64,000 nucleotides of DNA. It comes from Eledone cirrhosa (lineage: Eukaryota). Positions 14,770-27,200 of this stretch are shown here, piece by piece (the first letter of the stretch is position 1; every line of letters starts with the position of its first letter). Below the pieces are notes generated by a model. That model was not told the origin of the DNA. It ran no database searches and was given only the letters and a program-made list of their open reading frames with translations. The position numbers and the translations under genes were made by a program. Location: contig OZ024742.1 in assembly GCA_964016885.1 (NCBI GenBank), positions 43,090,001-43,154,000 of the forward strand, in the 5' to 3' direction.

Positions 14770-15367
14770 AGAAATGGAATTGACCAAAAGTGTTGATTCT
14801 GTTATGAGGATGTTGAGAGCATTGACCACCTGGTGTCAGTCTGCAAAGTATTAGCTCCCCAGGAATATAAAATGAGACATGATAGCATGGGACAATACTT
14901 ACACTGGATAATGTGCAGGTTCTTTGTTCTAAAAATGGAGGGAAAATGTTACAACCATCACCCAGATGCAGTAACAGGAGGCGAGAACATGACAATCCTA
15001 TAGCATTTCCCTGTGGACACTGACAAACCAATCAAGACCGTCATATCTGATATAATTGTGAAGGACCATAAAGAGAAAATATGTTTCTTAATTGACAAGA
15101 GCATTTCATCAGATCGTAACATCTCTTCAAAAATGTTTGGAAAGCTCAGTAAATATAAAGATCTATCAATTGAAATTGAAAAAAATGTGGCATCTTAAAG
15201 TCTGTACATTACCAGTGAAGCCTGTACATTACCAATGATACCAGTGGAATGATAAATAAAGGAACTGAAAAATATTTGGATCAGATGGAAAAGCCATCGC
15301 TGCAAGAGATACAGAAATTAGTGCTAACTGGCAGTATCCATGTCCTAAGAAGGGCATTATCAATTTA
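14770..15367 (+). mobile_element. R4/Dong-clade LINE 3' fragment with restriction-like endonuclease
   Basis: RHDSMGQYLHW, DIIVKDHKEKICFLID, KLSKYKDLSIEIEK and IQKLVLTGSIHVLRRAL are typical RLE C-terminal motifs. Confidence 0.75.
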
Positions 15368-15629
15368 AAAACCTTGCAAAGACATTTACTGAATGTTTGT
15401 GCCCTTGTGGAATCACTTGTGTGACAATTAATTTTAAAATGTGTATATTATCGCAGTGATAAACAACATTGAGAGCGGGTGGGGGTGGGGTCTTTTAAAA
15501 CAAAACAAAAAATTCTACATGCAGAAAGTAGGCAGACATTTCTAAATTTTTATCAAGTTTAAACTTAAATAAAAGCTTAGAGAATGTAGAAAAGGTTAAC
15601 TGGAGCTACACATGGCTTATGCTTCAATA

Positions 15630-15755
15630 ATAATGGTTTCTTATATAGGCACAAGGCCAGCAATTTTTGGGGAGAGGAAAGTCGATAAAATAAAGTACCA
15701 GCGTGACTGGTACTTTATTTTATCGACCCCGTAAGGATGAAAGGCAAAGCTAACC
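15630..15755 (-). mobile_element. Nin/Deu-core SINE fragment
   Basis: Same core as 12720-12909. It abuts the orphan CBR exon's polypyrimidine tract. Confidence 0.7.
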
Positions 15756-15772
15756 TGTCTTCTCTGTTTCAA

Positions 15773-15836
15773 TGCTGTCCTGGTTATGTTGCAACTGATA
15801 TGTCCAGTTTCAAAGGACATAAAACTATAGATGAAG
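15773..15836 (+). pseudogene. Orphan carbonyl reductase exon (inverted paralogue remnant)
   Basis: 64-bp exon CCPGYVATDMSSFKGHKTIDE-G, 56/64 nt identical to the exon at 46869-46932. The donor GTAAGG is kept, but the acceptor reads TTCAA instead of TTCAG. Confidence 0.88.
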
Positions 15837-15899
15837 GTAAGGAGCTCCATCTAATGGTCACTTTGTACATTGAGAATGATAAAAAATTTAAAATAATGT

Positions 15900-16200
15900 A
15901 TGTGATGGCATGTAGCTTAATGGTTAAAATATTTGGCTGCCAATCATACAATTGTGAGTTATATTCTTGGTGTTGCATTATATACTTGAGCAAGTCACTT
16001 TATTACATGTTACTCCACTCAGTTGGAAGAAAATAGTTAAACCTGTAATTCAAAGTGTCAGAATCATGACACACTGAGTCACATTGAATCACCTTAAGAA
16101 TTACATTAAGTAGGTATGTTTCTGTGAAATGCTCATCCACTTACAAATTAATTTCACAACCATCTGTTCCAGTGATCAAACAACTGGGGTATTCATTGTA
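15900..16200 (+). mobile_element. tRNA-derived SINE with a CORE-like CTTGAGCAAGTCACTT motif
   Basis: Similar to 60865-61170 and 17085-17420. Confidence 0.6.
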
Positions 16201-16224
16201 TATATCTGTATTTATGTGTATATG

Positions 16225-16542
16225 CAGACCGGGTGATGTGTTGTTTCCTTGAGCAAGACACTTTATTTCACATTGCTCCAGTTTACTCAGCTGTAGAAAT
16301 GAGATGATAGGGACTGGGTTCCCTATCATTCCACTGCAAAGTGGACATGTAGGTGCCACGACAAAAAGCACCCAGCCCACACTATAAAGTGAACGTGTAG
16401 GCGCTACGGACAAAAAGCACCCAACTCTCACTGTAAATGAGGTTGGCGTTAGGAAGGGCATCCAGCTGTAGAAATCAAGCCAGAACCAGTTCCCATCCCA
16501 CCCATGTAAGCATGGAAAAGTGGACGTAAAATGATGATGATG
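16225..16542 (+). mobile_element. SINE: CORE-like body plus RTE-derived 3' tail with (GAT)n
   Basis: TTCCTTGAGCAAGACACTTTATTTC, then AGGAAGGGCATCCAGCTGTAGAAA, then GGACGTAAAATGATGATGATG. Inverted relative to 17990-18480 and 42436-42780. Confidence 0.7.
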
Positions 16543-17084
16543 TACTCTTGAGTGCTACTGGTAACATGTAACCCAGTACAACCTGTCGCATGGTCGGGTC
16601 GTCGGCGACTAAACCGGCAACCCCACCAAGTTTACTTGGTGAGGAAGATGATTTTGGACACCCTGCAGGACAAAAAAAACTGACAAAGGGCGGAAGAACT
16701 CATAAGAGTCAACGGCCATCCGAAAGTGTGTAAATATGTATATACACATGTACCGCACAGTTAAACCACTGGGAGTGAAGGACCCCTAGCCTTTGTCAGG
16801 GCATTCTTCTCGGAGAAGGCAACTCGTGAAACTGGGATAACTCCGATATAAAACCTGCAGCTCAGTAGTTACTGATGGTGTTGATTTTTTCTTCTTTTTG
16901 GGTTATAACTACTGTCGCTCAGAGAATGGGATTGGCTCAGTGCACAGCCTTTCCTCACTTTACAAAATATCTTCACGCACAGGCATTGCACGATAGAATT
17001 AATTAATAATTATTAATAATGGTATATCGTGCAATGGCCATACTCGATAACGAGGGGGCAGCCATCATCATGTATATATGTATG

Positions 17085-17420
17085 TGTGAAGGCATAGTGG
17101 TTAGAGCATTGGGTTCACAATTGTGAGATTGTGAGTTCAATTTCCAGACTGTGTGATTTGTGGTGTCCTTGAGCAAAACACTGTATTTCATATTACTCTA
17201 GTTCACTCAGCTGCAGAAATGAGTCACAACATCTCTAATGCCAAGCTGTATCAATCTTTGCATTTCCCGAGGACAACATTGGTGGCATGGAGAAGTGAAA
17301 CTGGTATGCATGGGCGACTGCTGGTTTTCTACAAAACCACTTTGTCTGGCCTGGACCTCAGAGGGAAACTTTCTAAGTGCAAATCCATAGTCATTCATGG
17401 CCAAATGGGTCCTACTGTGG
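17085..17420 (+). mobile_element. tRNA-derived CORE-like SINE
   Basis: tRNA-like head GTGGTTAGAGC...GAGTTCAATT followed by TGTCCTTGAGCAAAACACT. Confidence 0.6.
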
Positions 17421-17989
17421 TGGACTTACCTATAAGCTAAATAAGCTATAGCTTAGGGCCACATGCTCTCAGGGGGCCCCATTTTTTTAAATTATATTTT
17501 TATTTTATCATTAGTTTTTTATTTTATAACACTAAATCATCAAAAATTATATATATATATATATATCTTATCTTATACATCTAGCATGTGTATACATAAA
17601 TGTAATTCTCAGAGAGATTCAGCATGACACAGTGTGTGACAAGGCTAAATATTCTACACACAGAATGTGTGTACTCTCAGTCACTGGTGAAGGAGGGACA
17701 CCACATATGACCGTTAAAGATCTGGTGCTAGGGAAAAGTGTGTATCTTCTGACATTAGTTTGACATTTAACGAGAAGGGAAGAGAGAACCAGATTTTTGC
17801 TTTATTTCTTGTGTCTTTTTTTCTATTCTGTATTTTCCTTTTTAAGTAAACATTTTCTGGTTCAGGTTGAATAACTTGGTCCTCAAGGCTAATGAAATGT
17901 ATGCACCTGGTATGGTGCTGTTGCAGTAACTGACCTCAATAATTATATTCAAACATGCTCTATGGATATGTTTTCCTTCTTATTACTAT

Positions 17990-18480
17990 CATCATCATCA
18001 TTTTACGTCCGCTTTTCCCTGTTTGCAAGGGTTGGACCATCACCGTTTTACGCCCATTCTTCCACGCTAGCATGGGTTAGACGGGTTGTCCTGTTGTGGG
18101 CAGTGTCCGGTCGGCTGAGCTTGTCTTGCTCATACGGGAACTGATTCTGGCTTGATTTCTACAGCTGGATGCCCTTCCTCATTTACAGTGAGTGCTGGGT
18201 GCTTTTTTTCTGTGGCACCTCCACGACCACTTTGCAGTGGAATGATAGGGACCCCAGTCCCTATCATCTCATTTCTACAGTTGAGTAAACTGGAGCAATG
18301 TGAAATAAAGTGTCTTGCTCAAATAAACAACACATCACCCGGTCTGCATACACACACAAATACAGATATATACAATGAATACCCCAGTTGTTTGATCAAT
18401 GGAACCTGGTCTGAGAATTGAACTCACAACCTTTCGATTGCAAGCCCAATGCTCGAACCACTAAGCCATGCGCCTTCACT
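17990..18480 (-). mobile_element. SINE with RTE-type tail, carrying an internal templated insertion
   Basis: Colinear with 42436-42780 except for an extra 18347-18413 segment. Confidence 0.7.
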
Positions 18481-18867
18481 GTATATATGTATATAAATAG
18501 CAAGTATATATATGTATATAAACAGGGAGACACAAAGCAGGCTTAGTTATATAGCTTCTAATTGAATGGTGGGAAGCATGAGTGGCGTGTTGGTGTAATG
18601 ATAACACATTGGTCCAGCAAACCAAATATGTAGGTACATATCCCATGTACGTCAATACTCATCCTTTTTTCCATTCAGAGGGTTTTTTTAAATCCAAACT
18701 AACAGAGTAATTCTATTTAGTCAAATAAGGCATAAGCACATGTTACTACCTAATTTTCAAATTTGCTGGCCATTTGTAAACAAAGCCTGCTTTATGTCTC
18801 CCTGTGTATGATGATGATAATATATATATTTATATATGATAAGGATGATGATAATATATCATCATTA

Positions 18868-19542
18868 TCTATAAAAGGCAGATTTTTGTGTCTGTATGTA
18901 TGTTTCAATTTTATACATTTACACAATTCCAAAAATATTGAATGAATAATTAAGCAGAATGTTTACAAATATTCTAACTTGGGTCATGGGCGACCTTATT
19001 GACTAAAAAATGCCACAATTACGGAAAAATCGATTTATTTCAACAATCGATGATTTCTCCTCTGTCATATGATATACGTTTCCTATATCTACTCCCATTC
19101 ATCACCTCCCCTTAAATTTGCTACCTTCTCTTATAAGTGTTTGTGAAAAAGAGAAACATTGAAAAAAAACATATACACACATATTTGTGGGTGCATACAC
19201 ACACATATATGTTGGTATGGTTACGATTGACGTCATAGAAACAGGAACGCGGGAATTTCAATCAATCAACGCATACACAGTTTGTTTTAGAAATAACAAT
19301 AGCATATAATGATAAAGAGATCGGCCTTACACTTTCAAACTAAATTTTTCTGTATAAGTAACTTTAACCCTTTATTTTCGACATAAAAATACACACATAC
19401 ATACAAATACCTGTAAATTTTTTGGGGGGGGGCCTTTCTTATCAATCTTTTTACATTCAATTATCAGCCTTATACTTTCAAAGTCAATTTTTATGTTGAA
19501 GTAACTTTCAACCTTTAATACATACATACATACATACATACA

Positions 19543-19574
<32 letters not shown>

Positions 19575-21376
19575 CACATACATACAAATACCTGTCACTT
19601 AATTTACACACACATCGGCCTTACACTTTCAAACTATATTTTTCTGTAGAAGTAACTTTAACCCTTTCTTTTCGACATAAAAATACACACATACATACAA
19701 ATACCTGTACATTTTTTTTTTGGGGGGGGGGGGGGGGGGGCCTTTCTTATCAATCTTTTTTACATTCAATTATCAGCCTTATACTTTCAAAGTCAATTTT
19801 TATGTTGAAGTAACTTTCACCCTTTATTTTTCGATACCCATTTACTTACTAACATTTGTATCACAACAACAATAACAATATTCATAAACAGACAGTAGAC
19901 TTTCAATGTAAATTTTTCTGTAGAAGTAACTTTCACCCTTTCTTTTGGACATAAAATGCCACCTAAAAAGAGAAGTCGCGTCAGCAGTGGCGCAAAAGGC
20001 TACTATAGCAAACGAGTCCTCTGAGGAAAATGCTTCAAGACTTTCACAGACAGCCTTACGTTCAGCAGAATGTCGAGCCGCTGAAAGTTTCCAACAGCGC
20101 ACCGCACGCCTAGCCAAAATGGCTTCATACCAGGCTTCTTCCAGGGCTTCAGAGAGCCGTGAACAAAGGTCGAAGCGCCTGGCTAGAAACGCTGCGACTA
20201 ATGCTGCTTCCAGGTCTTTGGAACGTTTAAAACAAGGGACGGCTCGCCTTCCTACGGACGCTGCGGCTATGACTACTTCCATGGCTTCTGAAGATGCAGA
20301 CGGGCGGTCCATTAGCATTGCAAATGTTGCTTCTGCTATTGCTGCCAGACCTTCCCAACAACCACACGACCAATGTTCTACGAGACCAATATTCGGCGAG
20401 AAGCTGCACGCGGTGTGACGAGCCCCAACATCCCTTACTGGCACCTACGGGCTTTCAAGTATGAGCAAGACGTTAATTACTCGATGCGCTCTGACATAAA
20501 TATAGGCGAGATGCGCTTCAATTGACAATTCTGCAATGCTACAAAGTGGGCTGGGGAGCCACCTGCAATGTGCTGCTTAAACGGTAACGTCACCTTGCCC
20601 CCTCTTCCGGAACTGCCAGAGCCTTTGAAGGAACTACTGACTGGTTATACCTCAAGGTAAAAAAAAAAAAAACCCGGATCCCCCCAATAAAAAACGCTCC
20701 TGGGGGTACCGGAAAAACTTTTGTAACGAATTTGATTCTCGCTAAGATTCGTCAGGAGAAAAAAGTTGCGTTGTCCGTTGCATCGTCCGGGATCGCTGCT
20801 ACTTTGCTGCCGGGAGGCAGGACAGCACATTCAACCTTTAAACTCCCCTTAGATTTAGTAAAAACTGAGACACCAACATGCAATATCAGCAAGAGTTCAC
20901 ACAAAGCTCTGGTTCTCAAAAGATGTTGCCTCATTGTTTGGGATGAGTGCACAATGGCACACAAGGGTGCCCTTGAGGCATTGGACGGGGCCCGGAAAGA
21001 CATTAGGGATTCTACGGCTCCTATGGGTGGCGTAACCCTTCTGCTATCAGGGGATTTTCGGAAAACGCTGCCTGTCATCCCCAAATGGACAAGACCTGAT
21101 GAAGTGCGTGCCTGTCTTTAGTCATCCATGTTGTGGCTCCAGGTGAATAGTTTGTACCTGAGCACAAATATGCGTGCTCATTTGCATGGTGACAACATGT
21201 CTGCAGCACAGAACATTTTAGCACTTGGTGAGGGCAAGATCCCTGCGGATGACAAGGGCGGCATAGCAATCGACACCCTGTGCAACATTGTGAGCAGCCC
21301 TTCTGACCTTTGGGAAGCAGTTTTTCCTAATGTCTCATCTAACTTTAAAAACCTCGATTGGCTCAGCGAAAGAGCA
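18868..21376 (+). mobile_element. Internally deleted Helitron: 5' end, STPR-like repeat ORF, Zn-finger and PIF1-family helicase fragments
   Basis: 5' end TCTATAAAAGGCAGATTTTTGTGTCTGTATG. ORF 19945-20418 has about 23-aa E-S-x-E-Q-R-x-x-R-L repeats. FCNATKWAGEPPAMCC..G.V.LP at about 20530-20640. Helicase motifs PGGTGKTF, VASSGIAATLLPGGRTAHSTFKLP, IVWDECTM and GDFRKTLPV at 20690-21370. Confidence 0.88.
19320..19955 (+). repeat. About 293-bp direct duplication plus (CATA)n in the Helitron 5' region
   Basis: TCGGCCTTACACTTTCAAACT... recurs at 19321 and about 19615; a partial third unit lies at about 19900. Confidence 0.85.
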
Positions 21377-23919
21377 CAGCAACTCCTCCCCCCGATCCAG
21401 GACGGCTGGGAGATGCGTACACATCGTAGCCGCCGAAGATCGGTGCCAAGGCCCGTGCTTCGGAGATTCTGGTCTCGCTGATGGCCACTACATCTATGTT
21501 TAGTGACCTGAGGTCGTTGAGCAGGTGGCCCTGCTTCCATGACGACCCCAAGCCACGCGCATTTATGCTGCCTATTCTGAGTGAGGTCATGTTTAAAATA
21601 GAGTGGAAAAGATGGGAAAGACCACTTACCGTACTTTTGGTAGAGGAGGGATGGTTTTTACATCCCTTTTCACTTGATCGATTGGTGAAGGGACCGTTGA
21701 ATCGTCCCTTCGGCTGGTCGTCGGCTCTTCTAAGAGAATGTCTGAATATACTCTTCGATTGATAGTTCCTCCTAGGTCCCTGAAATCACCAACTGCGTTG
21801 GGGAATTTCGTTTTAATGTTTGTGTATTGTTTCTGTGCTATTTTTAGCAGTCTTATGTTAGTTGGCGTTTTGATTGGTGCTGGTATTATGTAGTCGTGTT
21901 GTGAAATGTCTGTGTGTTCAATTATGTAAGTCATTAGTTTCTTGTTGTGTGTATTTATTGCCGTGCATTTGTTTTTCTGGGGGTGGGGTGTGGTTCTGCT
22001 AGTTTCTTGTCGTTGTTGCTGGGTGTGTGTGTTTTGTTGTTGTGTTTGCGATGTTGGTGCTTGTGGTGGTGGTGTTGAAGGTGTTGTTGGCGGTGGGGTT
22101 GTCGCCGGTGGTGATGGTGGTGCTAGTGTGGATGGTGATGGTGTTGGTGGTGTTGCTGCTGTGGGTCTCTTTGCAGTAGACTTTACCCTTTTTTCATTTC
22201 TTTCCTCCCTTTTCAAAGGCGACGATGCGCTGCTTCTGCGTTTGTGCCTTCTTACGACCTTTTGCCATCCCTCTCCCACCTCACACTCCATGTCTGATTC
22301 TGTGAGGTCGGGGAGGGGTACCAGCTCGACTCTTTCACTTGTTGTTGTTGTTGTTGGTGATGTTTGCACTGGAGTCTCTGTTGCAGCTGCATTTGGTATT
22401 GCTGTTGTTGTTGTTAATATTTCCACTGCTGCTGCTGTTTTTGATTTCCGTGGCGTGGGTTTGGGTGCCACGGACCTATCGTTCCTGGTTGCCGCTTGTC
22501 CTGTTGCTGGTAGCCGTGGAGCCGGGGTCTTCTCGTTGCAGAAGGCCCTGAGGTGAGTCTTCGATCCACAGCGAAAGCATTTCGGGCGTTTTCCCTCAAC
22601 ACTTATGGGCAGTTGAGTGCCGTTATCGAAGTCTATCACATCCGGGATAGCTTCGATGCACTCCTGGTTGGTTTGGATTAGCATTTCAATGGAGGTGCCG
22701 ACCCAATCTTCTCTTACTTTTTTCTGTACTTGCAGTACAGTTGTTTTGTCCTCGATTCCGACGAGGACAGACGCGGCCAGCCAAGAAGGGGCCATCCGGG
22801 GGGGGGGGGGGCGTGGGTCAGTTTGACCCTCACAATTTTTTGCCCGCAGTAGGAGGGCACCAACACCATTTCCTCGCTCCTTAGGGTCACTACGGATTGG
22901 GCCTTTGCCTCCTGGGGTGTGGCAAAAAGTACGTCTATGGTGGCATATTTTTTTCCTCGGGTGATGTGCGTTTTCCGCTGCCACACAGACCCCAAGGCTT
23001 TTTGTATTTGAGCCTCTGTGGCTCTTTCCACCCTACGGGATTTTGTACTTACTGTACGGTACGTGACCGTACAGTGCTGTTGGGTTTCGAAAAATTTTTC
23101 CGCTGCCTTGCAGATTGCTCGGTCTCCAGTCTTTGTCACCATCTTCTTCGCTTCCTCTAATTCCTCATTTGTTATGAGGATTGTTTCCAAGTTTTTCGCA
23201 ATACCTGCAAATGAGATTGGTTTTTCTTTGCTGCTGTTGTTGTTGTCGTCAGAGCTGCTGTTACTTTTGTTGTTGCTGCAGGTACTACGACTACTGCTTC
23301 CGCCGCTGTTGCTGTGGTTGTTGTTGGTGTTGCTGCTGCTAATGCTGTTGTTGTTTATGCTGCTGCTGATGCTGTTGCGGCTGCTACTGTTGTTTTCATT
23401 GTCACTGTTGCTGTTGTTATTACGGCTGCTACTGCTATTATTCCTGACGTCAGACGAATGAACTGGGTTTTCGTATTTCCCGCACACCTGTTTCGTCGCT
23501 GTCGTCGTCGTCGTGGAGAAACCTTGCACGCTTTGCACGAGACTTTTCTTTTCTTTCGTCGCTTGCGAAAGAGAAGGGAGGGAGAGAGACACATTTAAAG
23601 AAGGGAGGGAGAGAGACAATCTTCTCTCTGCTGTAGTGACGATTGAGGAAAAAGAAGACGGAATGAGTGGGAGTGACCTATGAAAATTCTTTTTCGTAGC
23701 CATGTTGTTTTTTTTGTTTAAAATAAATATTGGGTACAAAACACCAATAAGCAGTTATTTAACCCCGAAGGGCCAAATAACGGGCAGAAAGACCCCTCTC
23801 ACGAGGAGGAGGGTGTTTTTGTCTACAAGTTGGTCTAAGTTTTAAACAATTTACAATTGTTATAGCGTTCAAAATTTACAGTACCTTACAGAGCCGAGCC
23901 TCCGTCAGCCATAGCATTC
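21367..23919 (-). mobile_element. Tx1-clade LINE, subfamily A: intact 5' end, ORF1 and the start of ORF2; 3' part deleted
   Basis: ORF1 (23703-21626, split at a C-run) contains the zinc knuckle CFRCGSKTHLRAFC. ORF2 starts MTSLRIGSINARGL at 21590. Same 5' terminus as 29862. Confidence 0.93.
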
Positions 23920-23951
<32 letters not shown>

Positions 23952-24202
23952 TTTCTTTATTAACCACAAGGGTTTACATAAAGTAGCAATTCAGGACAGT
24001 GCAGGACAATACAGGACGGTACAAATGGGCATTTCTGCGTGTAAAAAAACAAAAAAAAACAGGGTGTAACAAAAAATAACAATGAAAAATTCCCCAATAG
24101 GGGGGAGACTTCGGAGGGACATTTGTGGAGAAAGCCCAGTAAAAGGCCACAGTGACCCTGACCACCAAGGCAAGTGCCCTCTCCCAGTTTTCCACCTTTA
24201 AT

Positions 24203-27200
24203 TTACAGATACATACTCAGAGTAGGCCCATTCACTCGGGCCATTCTTGCTTCTCTCACACATCTTTCAACTAAATGCTGGGAAGAGAGCACTCCCCTCT
24301 CTACTCTGATTTTCCTTTTCAAATGAAATTTGAAAAAGTCAATCAGAGCATCACCGAAGAGGTAAGTGCTCGTCTTCAGCCCTTTCAAACGTGTCCACCA
24401 TACTATCTCTTTCGCCATGGCCACCAGACAGATAAAAACTGCCTGCCCTTCCCGGCTAAAGGAGGAGGGCGGGGCAATCCTCACGATGGACTCAGATGAT
24501 AGCCGGATCCGTCCTAAACGCGACAGCAGGTGTTCGACATAAACCCACAAGTCAGCAATTTTCGGACACTGGACGAGTGCGTGCAGGACGGTTTCGTCGC
24601 CCTGTGCGCATCTCGGACATGCCCGGCTGACGGCACCTCCATGCCTGTAGAGTTTATCCCGAACTGGCAAGGCTCCCCGGTAGCACTGCCAGGCCAGAGA
24701 TTTCTGGAAGTTGTCCATATGCCCTGGCCCGAAAGTTCTTCCAAAGAGATTGGCTAGTTGATTTTCGTCGACGCCTAGAGTTTCCCCAAGTACGTCGTCG
24801 CTCTTCCCCTCCACTAATCCTCTATAGAACGCCGAGGTGGAGTTTCCACCGATCACATTGCCCGATTGGTCGAGGGCTGTGAGCGCCTGAAGACATTCCA
24901 GTCTCCAGGCGCTCCCTCTCGGTTTTCGCTTGACCCAGGGCTGCAGCTCCGTCAAGGAAACGAGCTGGGGAAATACGTGTCTAGCAAACGGCGACCACAC
25001 CTGATCACCGTCGAGGAAGAGGTGGAGATGTCGTAGCCTGAGCGCGTGCCTGCGCATCATCTGCCACGGCATGCCCAGCCCTCCACGTAGCGGGTGTTGA
25101 CAACAGATGGACCGCCTGACCATCGGAGCGCGTCCCTTCCACAAAAAGCGAAAGAGCAAACGCTCCAGCGCAGTCAGACGAGGCTTAGGACAAGGTACGA
25201 CGGTCAGGCGGTAGCATATGACAGACGCGATGTACGCGTTAGCCACCTCCGCTCGACCTTTCAGGGATAGCTTCCTCTCCGCCCATTTCTGGGTTAGAGA
25301 AGCCACCCTGCTCGTCACCTCGTCCCAGTTTTTGTCCGTCTGGAGGTCCGGACCGAACCAGACCCCTAGAAATTTAACCGGTCCGTCCGTCCAGCGTCCG
25401 ACGACGCTGTTGGATGGCATGGACCTGCCTCTCCAGGTGCCGAGCTGCAGGCCCACTTACTTTTCCTGGTTGATCATTGCTCCTGTCACCGCTTCGTATT
25501 CTCTTAGTGTAGTGCCGATCGCCTCGATGTGTTTGGCGTTCGACACCACTCTGGTGACATCGTCCGCATATGCTGACACGGATCTTCCGCATCCTAGTTC
25601 GCGCGGGACGCCCCTCAACGTCTCCAGTTTGTGCAGTAATGGCTCGAGAGTCAATACGTACAAGAGGGACGAGAGGGGACATCCTTGGCGGACCGAGCGC
25701 ATGATGTTGAACGGTTCCGACAGGTGACCGTTCACTCTCCCCACAGAGCAGATGTCGCTGTGCATGGCAGCGATCCAGCTTCTGAAGACGGGCCCAAAGC
25801 CAGCCGCCCTCAGGACTGCCGCTAGGTAACGATGGTCGACACTATCGAAAGCTTTCGACTGATCTAAATTGATCAAGGACCCACCCGTGCCAAGTTCCCT
25901 AGCTACCCTCTCTACGATGTATCGCATGAGGTGGAGGTTGTCGTGGATGGATCTGTCGGGAATGGCGCATGTCTGCGCCTCTCCCACCAGACCACCAACG
26001 ACAAGCGCCAACCTCTTTGCTAGCACCTTGGCCAAAATCTTGAACTCTGTGTTTAGCAGAGTTATGGGCCGGAAATTATCTATGTTATCCCCCTTGTTCG
26101 GATCCTTTCTCAGCAGTGCCACCGCTCCTCGGCTCACAGAACTGGGAATTCTCCCGTTCTGTTGCCAGTTGCAGTAGACGTCCGCCAAGAGGCCTCCGAA
26201 CAAGTCTGGCATCTGTACGTAAAGTTCATAGGGCAGACTATCCAAACCAGACGATTTACCCCTTGTGCAGCCAGTCATTGCCTCCCTTACTTCAGCGGCT
26301 GTTATCGGCTTTTCGCAACACTTCGCTTCAGTGGCCGAGAGCCGCGGCAGTCCGTCGAGGTAGACACTAAAGTCCATCCCTCGACCCGGCCGACCGCTGC
26401 CCCCGAACAGCTGAGCGAAGTGTCACTGAAAATCTTCACACATTTGCCCGGGATCGAGTAGCATGCGCCCGTCGTGGTCCACCAAAGACCGGATCGTGGC
26501 TTTGTTGCCACGACGCGCCTCCGCCACTCGGGCCCATTGAACGGCTTTCGTCCCCTCGTGTCTGAGAGCACGCACCCTAGCTCTGACAACGCAGCCTTCG
26601 TGCTTTGCATTGAAGAATTGGTCAAGGGCCAATTTCGCCGCAAGCACGTCGGTCGCAATGCCTTTGCTAAGCGCCTCGTCTAATTTTCTAACTAGTTCTC
26701 CCTCTGCTCTATTTTTCTCTATTGCTAAAGCCTTACTAAACCTAATCTATTCTATTCTAATCGCTCTTTTCAGAGCAAACCACCACTTGTTATTGACGAT
26801 GGCCCCCGTCAACGCCCGCTTAACTAGTTCGCTAATCCGGTCTCTGTAGGCCTTGCGCGCTGGTAAGGACGCGTTTAGCTTCCAGTAGCCGGGTCCTCGT
26901 CTATGAAGCCTATCTAAGTCAAGCACACAGATCACGAATTTGTGGTCCGTGTAGCTGACTATCTTGAATTGTGGACAGCCTATGCTAGACCTATCAATTT
27001 CCCTACAAAATACTCTATCTAGATATGATCTGGATGAGCCTATACGATTTGTCCAAGTCCACATTGGCACATTCGGGAAATCCAATCGATACCTGTCAGA
27101 CAGTTCAAAACGCCTGAGCAGGTTGGTGAGGCTCTTGCACCCTCCACCCCTATCCGCTAATCCCACACAGTCCCAGCGTGCATCTAAGATCCCGTTCCAG

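Noticed and set aside
16545-17000. Possible retroelement 5' end or ribozyme (hairpin CACCAAGTTTACTTGGTG, GGAGAAGGCAACTC)
   Set aside because: I could not build an HDV or hammerhead core or assign a family, so it is left unannotated.
17715-17765. Possible last exon of the plus-strand CBR paralogue (GGTGCT...GTGTATCTT)
   Set aside because: It needs a frameshift, has no acceptor AG, and shows no further similarity to ADTPVYLALL...EW.
20690-21376. Host PIF1 helicase gene
   Set aside because: It is intronless, has stops, follows Helitron N-terminal motifs and a TC 5' end, and is truncated by a LINE.
23018-23461. Poly-Leu and poly-Val/Gly antisense ORFs (also 28960-29406 and 21942-22556)
   Set aside because: They are shadows of the (AGC/AAC/ACC)n low-complexity tracts in Tx1 ORF1.
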